This document shows positions 50,368 to 60,029 of a stretch of 64,000 nt of DNA, one piece after another. The stretch is from an uncultured delta proteobacterium (GTDB taxonomy: Bacteria > Myxococcota > Kuafuiibacteriia > Kuafuiibacteriales > Kuafuiibacteriaceae). How positions within the stretch are numbered: the stretch's first letter is position 1; each line of letters opens with the position of its first letter. The notes under the pieces are model-generated. The model did no database searches, was not told the origin of the DNA, and saw only the letters and a program-made list of their open reading frames with translations. The translations under genes were made by a program, and so were the position numbers. Where the stretch lies: NCBI GenBank assembly GCA_963803435.1, contig CAWDML010000001.1, forward strand, positions 32,001-96,000, written 5' to 3'.

Positions 50368-51451
50368 TCAGTGCGCCGCCCAGCGGCGCCCCTGCCCCGC
50401 GTGGAAGATCACCGGCAGCGTGTCCCCCGTCCCCACCAGTCCGACGTTCGCCGCCGCGGGGAGCTCGTAGCGGAGCTCGAGCGTCAGGGGCGAAGTGGGG
50501 CCCTGGGCGAAGTATTCGCTCATGAGATCCGGCGGCAGCGTGAAGCTGCCGACGTCCTGTACCACCAGACAGGTGAGCTTCACGTTGCGGTCGGCGTCGT
50601 AGACCTCCGCGATCGCGCGGGTGCCGGCGGGAGGGGCGGTCGCCGGCTGCCAGACGAAGCTGACGCCCTGGGCGAGCGGAACGTCGAGCCCGACGGCGGG
50701 CACGGAGACGTTCATCGGCGGCGGCGGCGGGGTGGTGGCGGTGGCGCCGGCCAGCGTGCCGGACTGGTTGGTGCTGACGATGGTGAAGACGACGGCCGTC
50801 GAGCCGAAGAACAGGTTCGCGGTGGGCGCGAACTGCGGCTCGAAGCGGCCGTTGCCCACGGGGAGGTAGGTCAGCATCTGGTTGGGGAGCGTGCCGATGT
50901 CGATCGTGACGCGGTCGGCGACGAGCGGGAGGATCGCGCCCGAGATCAGCGTGGTCCGCTGGAGCCCGCACGATCCGTTCGCCGGCACGAACTCACGGGT
51001 GAGGTAGTCGAACGTAGCCTGACGTCGATCCTCGAAGCGCGCGAACGCCGTCGAGCCGGCCGGGCTCGTGAATCTCGACGATCCACACCTCGCCGAAGGG
51101 CGGGAGCGAGGCTCCGCCGTCGGGGCCGCCGTCCACACCCCCGTCCCCTCCGAGCCCGCCGCCGTCGCCCGCACCGCCGGCGTCCCCGGCGTCGCCTGCG
51201 TCCCCGGCGTCCCGGCCTCCATCGTCGCCGCCACCGCCCCCGTCCACGCCCGCGTCGGGGCCGCTGTCGCGCGGTCCGACGTCCGCGATCCCGCCGCAGG
51301 GCGGATTGGCGCAGCCGCCCTTGATCGGGGCGCAGACGCCGTCGTTGCACTCCTGTCCGCTGGGACAGTCGAGCTTCGTCTCGCACTTCCCGGATTTGCA
51401 ACCCAGGTTGACAATCCAACCCAGCAGGAGGAGCGGCATCAGCTTCTTCAT
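50368..51451 (-). CDS. Putative Cys-rich lipoprotein (paralogue B), one apparent +1 frameshift at ~51063
   Basis: VNLG-C lipobox, Cys module and DAG linker in one frame; domain similar to 40654-41712 in the next frame. Confidence 0.75.
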
Positions 51452-52863
51452 CACGCCCTCGCGTTCTGCTCGCGCAAGCGCTGGCTCAGCGTCTTCACGA
51501 AGGTCCGGTACACCCGGAGCGCGATCCGATCGTTTGCGAACATGAACTGCTCGAAGCGCTCCTTCCGGATCAGCAGCGCCTTGATGTTGTCCTCGGCCCG
51601 AACGCGGGCCGAGGTCGGTGCGTCGTCGATCAGCGACATCTCACCCGCATAGCTGCCGGGCCCGAGCGTCGCCAGCTTCGTCTCTCGGCCCCCGTGCTCC
51701 ACCTTGCTCACCTGACAGGTGCCCTCGCGGATGATGAGGAGGCCGCCGCCCGGATGTCCCTGCTCGATCAGGACCTCACCCGCGGAGAAATAGACGCTCT
51801 CCGAGACGTTGAAGAACGCCTTCATCTCCTCGAGCGAGAGGTCCTCGAAGATCGGGAGCGCCTTGAGCGCGTCGTAGCCCTCCATCCGCTGCGTGTAGCT
51901 GATCTTCACCGTCTCGGCGGGCCGCGGCGGCACCAGCGGCTTGGGAGCCGGCGGCCGAGGCGCGAACGGGTTGCCGTCGAGGGCCGCGAAGGGATCCGTG
52001 ACCTTGACCGGCGGAGGCCGCTTCGGCAGCGGCTTCATCGATTGCGTGACCTTGGAGGGCGCGAACGGATCGGTGACCTGGGCCGCGACGCCGGTCCCCT
52101 TGCGGACGGCCGCGAGACAGCTCGCCACGTCCTTGTAGCCGGCGTCCCAGGAGGAGACGAGCTCGAACGCGCGCCCCGCCTGCTCGGGCTGTCCCGCCTC
52201 CCACATCAGACGGCCCAGGCGGTACGCCAGCTCGGCGGTCATCTTGTCGACGACCGGCGTGCCCGGCGGGAGCGCGGCCGCCAGGCGCTGGATCGCCAGG
52301 TCGCGACGGTCGAGCTTCACCAGCACCTCGGACAAGAGCCCGGTCGCCTGGATGAAGCGCGCGTCGGTCGCTTGCACCTGCGCGAGCAGGTGCGCCGCGC
52401 GCCGGTAGTCCTCGAGGCGCATCACCAGCTGCGCCCCGCCGATCAGATCGCCCGACTTCTCGAGCGCGTCGGCGGCCTCCGACAGCTTGCCGGCGCCGTA
52501 ATAAAGCTCGGCGGCCTTTCGTACCTCGCCGGCCTTCTCATACATGTTCGCGGCCCGCACCGGGTCGTTCGCCTTGCTGTAGCACTCGGCTGCCTGGGCG
52601 AAGTCGTAGGCCGCCGCATAGGCCCGACCGGCGGCGCCCCACTCTCCGAGCTGGCGGCACGCTTCGCCTGCGCGCGGGTAGTCGCGGGCGCGATAGAAGA
52701 GGTTGGCGATCGACTTCTTGGTGGGCGTCGAGGCGTTGGAGAACTCGGTCCACAGCTGAGCCCCGACGCCCTCGACGCAGCTCTCGTACAGCTGCACGGC
52801 CGCATCCACTTCGCCCTTCGCGAGATGCGACCGGAGAAACTCGATCACCTTCCCGGTGGGCAT
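51451..52863 (-). CDS. TPR/helical-repeat protein with C-terminal cyclic-nucleotide-binding domain
   Basis: AAECY/AANMY/AAELY repeats; LPIFEDL, GSYAGEMSLID..PTSA. Confidence 0.85.
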   Translation of the reverse strand: MPTGKVIEFLRSHLAKGEVDAAVQLYESCVEGVGAQLWTEFSNASTPTKKSIANLFYRARDYPRAGEACRQLGEWGAAGRAYAAAYDFAQAAECYSKANDPVRAANMYEKAGEVRKAAELYYGAGKLSEAADALEKSGDLIGGAQLVMRLEDYRRAAHLLAQVQATDARFIQATGLLSEVLVKLDRRDLAIQRLAAALPPGTPVVDKMTAELAYRLGRLMWEAGQPEQAGRAFELVSSWDAGYKDVASCLAAVRKGTGVAAQVTDPFAPSKVTQSMKPLPKRPPPVKVTDPFAALDGNPFAPRPPAPKPLVPPRPAETVKISYTQRMEGYDALKALPIFEDLSLEEMKAFFNVSESVYFSAGEVLIEQGHPGGGLLIIREGTCQVSKVEHGGRETKLATLGPGSYAGEMSLIDDAPTSARVRAEDNIKALLIRKERFEQFMFANDRIALRVYRTFVKTLSQRLREQNARA

Positions 52864-52971
52864 GAACTGACCGTCGTTGCCGTCACCCGCGGTGAACTCC
52901 CATTCCATCAGCGCCATGGCGTGATCGATGCTCGCACGCTCTCGGGGAGGAGTGGTAGCCTCCCGGACGTC

Positions 52972-53517
52972 ATGATGGCGCTGGTCCTGGTGCTCACCGC
53001 GGGGCTCTCCGCCGCACCTCCGCAGAATCAAGACTTCGACAAAGATGGGATCATCGATCTCGAGGACGACTGCCCCACGGATCCCGGGAGCGCCAAGAAC
53101 CACGGCTGCCCCGGCGACGCCCCGGCCCCGCCGCCTCCGGCCGAGCCCGGGCCCGCGATCGAGGTGGAGGGGAACAAGCTCGCGATCGACGAGCAGATCC
53201 AGTTCCGCACCGGGAGCGCCTCGGTCGACCCGAAGAGCTTCGACCTGCTGCGCCGGATCGCGGAGGCGATCAAGTCGCTGCCCGCCGATCAGAAGCTGTC
53301 GATCGAGGGTCACACGGACAACCGCGGCAAGGCGCGGCTCAACGAGCGGTTGTCCCAGTCGCGCGCCGAGGCGGTCATCGCGCACCTGGTGCGAAACGGG
53401 GTCGAGCGCGCGCGCCTCTCGGCCAAGGGCTACGGCGCGGCGCGGCCGCTGGCGCCGAACGACACCGAGGCGGGGCGAGCCAAGAACCGGCGCGTGGAGT
53501 TCATCATCCAGGAGTGA
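52972..53517 (+). CDS. OmpA-family protein with thrombospondin type-3-like repeat
   Basis: DFDKDGIIDLEDDCP; IEGHTD, LSQSRA, NRRVEF. Confidence 0.9.
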   Translation: MMALVLVLTAGLSAAPPQNQDFDKDGIIDLEDDCPTDPGSAKNHGCPGDAPAPPPPAEPGPAIEVEGNKLAIDEQIQFRTGSASVDPKSFDLLRRIAEAIKSLPADQKLSIEGHTDNRGKARLNERLSQSRAEAVIAHLVRNGVERARLSAKGYGAARPLAPNDTEAGRAKNRRVEFIIQE

Positions 53518-53524
53518 GCGTGCT

Positions 53525-54253
53525 TTGCGAGTCGCCCTGACGCTCACCTTTACCGCGCTCACGATCGGGTGCGGGCGGACGCCTGAGGAGGCGGTCCAGA
53601 GGGCGCTCACCGCGATCGAGACCCACGACGCCTCGGCGCTCGAGCGGGTGCTCGATCTCGAGTACGCCGATCCGCTCGGCGACGAGCACCGGCTGCTCAC
53701 CGACGTCACCGAGCTCTGGGAGCGCTACCCGCGCATCGAAATCCGCGCCGAAGACCTGCTCACCTCGAAGGGCGCCTCCGAGCTGGAGGCGACGGTGAGC
53801 GGGACCATCGACGCCGACTTCGTGGGGACGCCGACGTGGAAGGTGAAGGGGCCGCTCCCGATCGAGCTGGTCCGTCGCAGCGACGGATTCCGCATCCGCT
53901 CGCACCTGCTCACCACCTTCCGCGACGCCCAGCAGCTGATGGACGCGCGCCGCGCCGCGCTGGAGGCCAACGACGTCGAGGGGGTGCGAAAGCTTCTGCA
54001 CCCCGACTACCGCGACGGTGACCTGGACGCCGACGGCGCGATGCAGCGGCTCGCCGGAAGCCTCGACGGACGGAAGGTCCGCTTGCAGGTCAGCAACTAT
54101 CGACTCGAGCTCCGCGGTCCGTGGGCGCACCTCGACGAGTACTATGTGCTGGTGGTGGACGACCGCCCTACCCGACCGCTCATCGCGCGCTTCACGCTGA
54201 AGACGACCGCGGGCCGCTGGCGGATCGCGGCCGGCCTCTACCCCGCGAACTGA
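53525..54253 (+). CDS. Putative lipoprotein with two NTF2/SnoaL-like domains
   Basis: LTIG-C lipobox; duplicated A.E..D......L...Y.D ... (F/W)RI pattern. Confidence 0.65.
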   Translation: MRVALTLTFTALTIGCGRTPEEAVQRALTAIETHDASALERVLDLEYADPLGDEHRLLTDVTELWERYPRIEIRAEDLLTSKGASELEATVSGTIDADFVGTPTWKVKGPLPIELVRRSDGFRIRSHLLTTFRDAQQLMDARRAALEANDVEGVRKLLHPDYRDGDLDADGAMQRLAGSLDGRKVRLQVSNYRLELRGPWAHLDEYYVLVVDDRPTRPLIARFTLKTTAGRWRIAAGLYPAN

Positions 54254-54274
54254 GGACCGCGCTACTGTGGCCCC

Positions 54275-54961
54275 ATGCTGGAGCGGCTCCTGGCCGACGG
54301 GAAGGACGCGTTCCGCAGCGCGGACTACGTGCGGGCGGAGGCCCTGCTCAAGCAGGCCCTCGACAACGGCGCCGCCGGCTACGCCGACGTTCACCACACG
54401 CTCGGCCTCATCTATCACACGTGGGGCCGCTTCCCTCAGGCGCGGGCCGCCTTCGAGGAGGCGCTGCGCATCAACCCGCGCTATACCGAGGCCGCCCTGA
54501 ACCTCGCGATCACCTACAACGATCTCGGCCGCTACGCCGAAGCACAGGAGCTGTTCCTCCGCGTGCAGCCGTCGCCGGAGGAGCGCGTCGACAACCTGAC
54601 GCGGGGGAAGATCGCGAACCTGCACAAGACCGTGGGCGAGGCCTATCGCTCCGCCGGGCTCGCGCGAGAGGCCGCCGAAGAGTACGACAAGGCGCTGGCG
54701 CTCTGCCCCGACTTCGTCGACATCCGGATGGAGCTGGCGCACGCCCTGGCGGAGGCCGGCGATGTCGAGCGGGCGATCGACCAGATGGAGGCGGTGCTGG
54801 CGCGTCGCCCCGGCTTCGAGCCGGCGTTGCTCCACCTCGGGCTCCTGCTGCATCGGGCCGGCGACGTGGCCGCGGCGAAAACGGCCTTTTCCCAGGTTCT
54901 GGACGTGCATCCGGGACACGAGCGGGCGGCCATGTATCTCCGTATGCTTGAACCGAGATAA
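54275..54961 (+). CDS. TPR protein
   Basis: Several canonical TPRs (LGLIY...A..AFEEAL.INP.Y). Confidence 0.9.
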   Translation: MLERLLADGKDAFRSADYVRAEALLKQALDNGAAGYADVHHTLGLIYHTWGRFPQARAAFEEALRINPRYTEAALNLAITYNDLGRYAEAQELFLRVQPSPEERVDNLTRGKIANLHKTVGEAYRSAGLAREAAEEYDKALALCPDFVDIRMELAHALAEAGDVERAIDQMEAVLARRPGFEPALLHLGLLLHRAGDVAAAKTAFSQVLDVHPGHERAAMYLRMLEPR

Positions 54962-54985
54962 CGTTCGGCATAGGGTCCGCCTTCA

Positions 54986-55900
54986 ATGCCGGCCTATGCC
55001 CTGAGATTCATCTCCGGCAAGTACCAGGGCGGCGAATTCCCGCTTCCCCCCGAGCGCGAGATCGTCATCGGTCGCTCCTCGGACCTCGACATGGTGCTGG
55101 TCGAGGACATGGTCTCGAGAAAGCACGCCAAGATCACGACGAACGGTTCCCAGATCGTCATCATGGATCTGGGCTCGACCAACGGCACTTTCGTCAACGG
55201 CGAGAAGGTCCGCAAGACGCGCCTCAAGGAGGGCGACCGGATCCTGATTGGGACCTCCATCCTGAAGGTGGTCGTCACACAGCACTCCGGCCTCTCCACC
55301 TCCGAGGCCCGGGAGCAGCTGGCCGCGGCGGGCCGGGAGGAGAAGCGCACCTCCTCGATGAGCGGGACGCTCGAGGAGGTGCCGATCCCGGACCTGCTCC
55401 AGCTCTTCTCCACCTCGAAGCGGACCGGCGTGCTGCACATCCGCTCCGACCTCGGCTACGGCAAGATCTATCTCCGCAACGGCGCGATCTTCTACGCGTC
55501 CATCGACGACGATCACGACCTCGGCCCCATGAAGTCGCTCTGCCGCATGGTGGGATGGGACCGGGGCGCGTTCGAGGTGGGCCCACCCGAGGAGGGCGCG
55601 GAGTTCATGCTGGAGCTGGAGGACTCGACCGAGTCGCTGCTGATGGAGTCGCTCCGTCAGCTCGACGAGTTCCGTCGCATCGCGCCCGACCTGCCGGCGC
55701 CCCACGAGCCGCTGATGGTGCCCCGCCCGCTCGAGCCCATGCTCACCAACCTCGAGCCGCTCGAGATCGAGATCTTTCAGCTGATCTACAACGTGGGCGT
55801 GCTCCAGAACGTCTTCGATCAATCGCCGGCCACCGACTACGAGACGGCGGCGGCGATCCTGAAGCTGATGTCGCAGGGCTACGTCACTCGTCAGCAGTAG
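54986..55900 (+). CDS. FHA + DUF4388 domain protein
   Basis: IGR, SRKHA, DLGSTNGTFVNG; GTLEEVPIPDLLQL...TGVL...W..G.F. Confidence 0.9.
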   Translation: MPAYALRFISGKYQGGEFPLPPEREIVIGRSSDLDMVLVEDMVSRKHAKITTNGSQIVIMDLGSTNGTFVNGEKVRKTRLKEGDRILIGTSILKVVVTQHSGLSTSEAREQLAAAGREEKRTSSMSGTLEEVPIPDLLQLFSTSKRTGVLHIRSDLGYGKIYLRNGAIFYASIDDDHDLGPMKSLCRMVGWDRGAFEVGPPEEGAEFMLELEDSTESLLMESLRQLDEFRRIAPDLPAPHEPLMVPRPLEPMLTNLEPLEIEIFQLIYNVGVLQNVFDQSPATDYETAAAILKLMSQGYVTRQQ

Positions 55901-56868
55901 TCGGCGCAGGCGGACGCGGGACCAGCCCAGCCCACGGCTTCAACGACGGCTGGGGGAGGATCGGCTTGTGCGCCTTGATCACCTTGGCGTCCACCATCTG
56001 CTCGTAGAGGCGTTGCTCCGGCCATCCCTCGGCGAGGACGCCGGTCGGGTCGACGCCCATACGCTCGGCGGCCCGCGGGATCGCGAACTCCAGGAAGGCG
56101 CGGAGCGTCCGCCCCTGCGCGGGGCTGTGCTGATGCCAGGCCTCCACCACGTCGTCGTGGATCTCCCAGCGCTCGATCGAGCGCTCCGCCTCGCGGACGA
56201 AGTTCTTCTCGTCGGCGTCGGTGTAGCCGTACGGGATCGGACAGAGCACCGCCTCAGGACCGCCCTGCGCCACCTCGGAGGTCCAGGTCATCGGATAGAG
56301 CCGACACAGCGAGGGGCGGGCCTCGTAGACGCCGCAGCGCTCGTAGCCGCCGAGTCGGACCAGCGCGTGACAGGCGCCGTCGTCGGCTCTCTTGAGCTGG
56401 ATCTCGGCGCGTCCGTTCCAGCCGTTCTCGGCGGGGACGATCCGGGAATCGCGGTCGATCATGAACGAGTGCACGCCGTGATGGCTGGGGACGAAGGTCA
56501 TGCCGGCGAAGAAGGGGACGCCGAGGGTCTTGCAGTAGTGGACGGCGTCGGGGAGCGAGACCTTCACGTTCAGGCGGCAACAGCGCGAGGGACAGAGCTG
56601 ACAGGCGCCGAGCACCGGCAGGTAGGGCGCGATTCTTGCTGACCGGGAGGCCGTCGGGCCCCACCTTGGGCACGTAGGCGGACATCTGAACCTTCACGTC
56701 GAACGGACGTCCCTCGGCGCGGGCGCGGAAGGCGGGGCCGAGCGGCACCCCTTCGGTCGGGCGGATGTCCTTCTGCTTCTTCTGCTTCTTCTGCTTCTTC
56801 GGCTTCTTCTCGTCGGCCTTCTCGTTCTTCGCGTTCTTCTTGGCCTTCTTGTCCTTCTTGTGCCCCAC
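55884..56868 (-). CDS. YkgJ-family CxxCxxCC protein with Lys-rich N-terminus, one apparent +1 frameshift at ~56626
   Basis: CQLCPSRCC, C.AL....C.VYEARP..CR.YP; the upstream frame joins as KNRA|YLPVLG after removing one base. Confidence 0.75.
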
Positions 56869-56896
56869 GACCGAGGGACCATGACACGAGTTCCCC

Positions 56897-57046
56897 CGCG
56901 ATGCAGGGGTCGCGAGGTCCTCCCTTTGGCCCGTGGCCAAACGGGATGCGTACGAGAGATAACTACATTCAAGCTTGGTCGCTGGATGTGCGACCTCGTG
57001 CTGTACTCCGCGACGGGCGGCGGGGCCAAGTCGTCCGTCGCGGAGG
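56897..57046 (+). ncRNA. Candidate structured 5' leader RNA (unidentified family)
   Basis: Hand-folded three-way junction plus a hairpin covering the Shine-Dalgarno; G-U pairs are consistent only with the + strand. Confidence 0.35.
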
Positions 57047-57052
57047 TATCCA

Positions 57053-57952
57053 ATGCCGGAGTACCCGGACGTCACCGTCTACATCGAGCGCCTCGAAGAC
57101 CGGATCCACGGCGCGGTTCTCGAGAACGTCCGGCTCGCCAGCCCGTTCCTCCTCCGCAGCGTCGAACCGCCCATCACCGCGGCGAAGGGCAAGAAGGTCA
57201 CCGGCCTGCGCCGCCTCGGCAAGCGCATCGTCATCGAGCTCGAGGACGACCTCTTCCTCGTCATCCACCTGATGATCGCCGGGCGGCTCCGCTGGAGCCC
57301 CGCCGCGGTCGCGCCAGTGCCGGGCCGGATCGGGCTGGCGGCGTTCGACTTCTCCACCGGGACCCTCCTGTTCACCGAGGCCGGCACCAAGAAGCGCGCC
57401 TCGCTCCACGTGGCCAAGGGCGAGGCGGCCCTGGCCGTCCACGACCGCGGCGGCCTCGAGCTCTTCGTGTGCACAGAGGCCGAGTTCAAAGAGGCGCTCA
57501 CGCGCGAGAACCACACGCTCAAGCGCTCCCTCACCGACCCCAGGCTCTTCTCGGGGATCGGCAACGCCTACTCCGACGAGATCCTTCACCGGGCCCGCCT
57601 CTCCCCGATGAAGCTCACCCAGAAGATGACCGGCGAGGAGATCACCCGTCTGTTCGAGATGACCAAGGAGACGCTGCTCGACTGGACCGACCGCCTACGC
57701 CGCGAGGCCGGCGACGACTTCCCGAAGAACGTGACCGCGTTTCGCGAGGGCATGGCCGTCCACGGCCGTTACAAGGAGCCGTGTCCGGTGTGCGGCACCA
57801 AGATCCAGCGGGTGCTCTTCGCGGAGAACGAGATGAACTACTGCCCGCGCTGTCAGAACGAGGGCCGGATGCTCGCCGATCGCTCGCTGTCGCGTCTGCT
57901 CAAGAAGGACTGGCCGAAGACGATCGAAGAGCTGGAAGGCTCCAAGCGCTGA
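57053..57952 (+). CDS. Fpg/Nei family DNA glycosylase
   Basis: MPEYPDV, RRLGK, IHLMIAG, GIGNAYSDE (H2TH), CPVC...CPRCQ zinc finger. Confidence 0.92.
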   Translation: MPEYPDVTVYIERLEDRIHGAVLENVRLASPFLLRSVEPPITAAKGKKVTGLRRLGKRIVIELEDDLFLVIHLMIAGRLRWSPAAVAPVPGRIGLAAFDFSTGTLLFTEAGTKKRASLHVAKGEAALAVHDRGGLELFVCTEAEFKEALTRENHTLKRSLTDPRLFSGIGNAYSDEILHRARLSPMKLTQKMTGEEITRLFEMTKETLLDWTDRLRREAGDDFPKNVTAFREGMAVHGRYKEPCPVCGTKIQRVLFAENEMNYCPRCQNEGRMLADRSLSRLLKKDWPKTIEELEGSKR

Positions 57953-57958
57953 GGGGTC

Positions 57959-59998
57959 TCAATCGACGATCGACTTCACGGAGACCTCGCCGGTCGTGGG
58001 CTCCGTGTCGTCGGTGGTGCTCCAAGGGCTGGGAGCGCCGGGGACCCAGGTATCGTCGGGCGTCGGGAAGCTGCGCTTGGGCGGCGCGGCGTCCTGGAGG
58101 TAGATGCGCGCGATGTCGGCCTCGTCGATGAAGCCGATGACCGCGCCGCTGTCATCGACGACCGGCAGCTCGCGAAGCTCCGCCTGGAGCATCTTGCGCG
58201 CGGCCACCGAGGCATCGTCCTGAGGGCGGACGCTGACCGCGCGCTGCATGACATCGGTGGCGACGCTCCAGCTCAGCAGATCCTCCTCACCCGAGAGCGT
58301 GCGCAGGGCCTCGGAGGTGACGATGCCCTTGAGCGCGCCGGTCGCGTCGCGCACCGGGAAGATGTCCTGGTGCTCGTCGGCCTGGCTGGCCCGATGCAAC
58401 ATGTCCTGCGCCTTGGTCTGAGGCTCGAACATGATCCAGGACCGCTCCTCCGACATCAGATCCTTCACGCAGAAGCGGGTCAGCAGATCCTTGAGCGCGC
58501 CGCGCTGATGCACCGGCGAGTCCCGCATCGTGGGGAGCTGGGCGTCGTAGAGCGTGCGGTTGCGGAGCACCACGAACGCGATCGCCTCGGCGAGCATCAG
58601 CGGTACCAGGAGGTCGTAGCTGCCCGCCATCTCGCAGACCAGGACCAGCGAGGCGAGCGGCGCGTGCGCGATCCCTCCGTAGAACGCGCCCATCCCCACC
58701 AGCGCGAACGCGCCCGGATCGATGTTGGGATCGTTGAGCAGAAGCCCGGCCGCGCGGCCGAAGGCGCCGCCGAGCAGCGCGCCCATCACCATCGCCGGGG
58801 CGAAGTCGCCGGCGCTCCCGCCCGATCCGATCGTCAGAGAGGACGCGACCAGCTTCACCACCGCCAGGAGGAGCAGGATCTCCACTGCGCGCCAGCCGCC
58901 GCCGATGAACGGCGATCCGGTGATGGCGATCTGCGCGGCCCCGTAGCCGCCGCCGAGCACGCCGAGGCCTTGCCCCGGGCTGCCGATGCGCGGCCCCATG
59001 AACGCGATGATCGGCGCCGCCATCAGGCCCAGCGCCAGCCCGCCGATCGCCGGGCGCAGCCACCGCGGCACCGGAAACCGGCGCACCGTGCTGCGCACCA
59101 GGTGGAGCGTCGAGACGAACATCGACGCGAGCGCCGCCACCAACACCGCCATCAGCCCGTAGAGCGGGAGGTGCCGCTGGAAGAAGGGATAGCTGGGCGC
59201 GTGAGCGAAGAGTACGCTCTCACCGAAGATCGAGATGACGACCGAGTACGAGACCACGCTGGCGAGGACCGCCGGGATCAGCGCGTCGGCCTCGAAGCCC
59301 TCCCGGTAGAGGACCTCCACCACCAGAATGGCGGCGCCGAGGGGCGTACGGAACACCGCCGAGATCCCCGCCGCCGCCCCCGCGATCAACAGGATTCGGC
59401 GCTCGCGTGAGTTCACCCGCAGCGCGCTGGAGACCAGCGAGCCCAGGGCGCCGCCGATCTGCATCGTCGGTCCCTCGCGGCCGCCGGCGCCGCCGGTCCC
59501 GAGCGTGAAGATCGAGGCGAAGAACTTCACCGCGGCCACGCGCTTTCGCACCATGCCGCCGTGGTGATGGAACGCCGCGATGAACGCATCGCCGCCACCG
59601 CCGCGGCTCTCGGGGGCGAGGCGCATCAACAGGCCCGCGGCCAGCCCGCCGATCGCAGGGATCAGCGCCAGCAGCCAGGGGCGGAAGGTGACGTCGGTGA
59701 GCGCCTCGTGGAACGCCTCGCCGTACGCGGGCAGCGGATGGAACCCGGCCAGGCGCTCGAGCACGACGTGCTGCATCCCCTCGACCACCGCGAAGAAAGC
59801 GGCGCCCACCAGACCGGCCGCCACGCCCACCAGCGCCGCGTGCAGGAGGACGCGACGCAGCAGGCCGAGATCGAGGATGGACGACGGCTCGAAGAAGCCG
59901 AGCACCCTCGAGGCCTGAACCATCATCGTCCGGGGAAGCTGCGACCATCCACCCGGCTCGTTCGGCGAGCTCGGGCTCGGCTGGGGGCCCTCGGGCAC
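57959..59998 (-). CDS. CLC-family chloride channel/antiporter with CBS pair (start 59998 or 59926)
   Basis: GGREGP, FRTPLG, GSAGDFAP, C-terminal CBS domains. Confidence 0.92.
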   Translation of the reverse strand: MPEGPQPSPSSPNEPGGWSQLPRTMMVQASRVLGFFEPSSILDLGLLRRVLLHAALVGVAAGLVGAAFFAVVEGMQHVVLERLAGFHPLPAYGEAFHEALTDVTFRPWLLALIPAIGGLAAGLLMRLAPESRGGGGDAFIAAFHHHGGMVRKRVAAVKFFASIFTLGTGGAGGREGPTMQIGGALGSLVSSALRVNSRERRILLIAGAAAGISAVFRTPLGAAILVVEVLYREGFEADALIPAVLASVVSYSVVISIFGESVLFAHAPSYPFFQRHLPLYGLMAVLVAALASMFVSTLHLVRSTVRRFPVPRWLRPAIGGLALGLMAAPIIAFMGPRIGSPGQGLGVLGGGYGAAQIAITGSPFIGGGWRAVEILLLLAVVKLVASSLTIGSGGSAGDFAPAMVMGALLGGAFGRAAGLLLNDPNIDPGAFALVGMGAFYGGIAHAPLASLVLVCEMAGSYDLLVPLMLAEAIAFVVLRNRTLYDAQLPTMRDSPVHQRGALKDLLTRFCVKDLMSEERSWIMFEPQTKAQDMLHRASQADEHQDIFPVRDATGALKGIVTSEALRTLSGEEDLLSWSVATDVMQRAVSVRPQDDASVAARKMLQAELRELPVVDDSGAVIGFIDEADIARIYLQDAAPPKRSFPTPDDTWVPGAPSPWSTTDDTEPTTGEVSVKSIVD

Positions 59999-60029
59999 TG
60001 CTTGGATATAGGCTTCGATACCGAGCGAT

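Noticed and set aside
56897-57046. Structured region as a retron msr-msd, 6S RNA or fluoride riboswitch
   Set aside because: No reverse transcriptase nearby, no recognisable consensus, and it is not upstream of the CLC gene.
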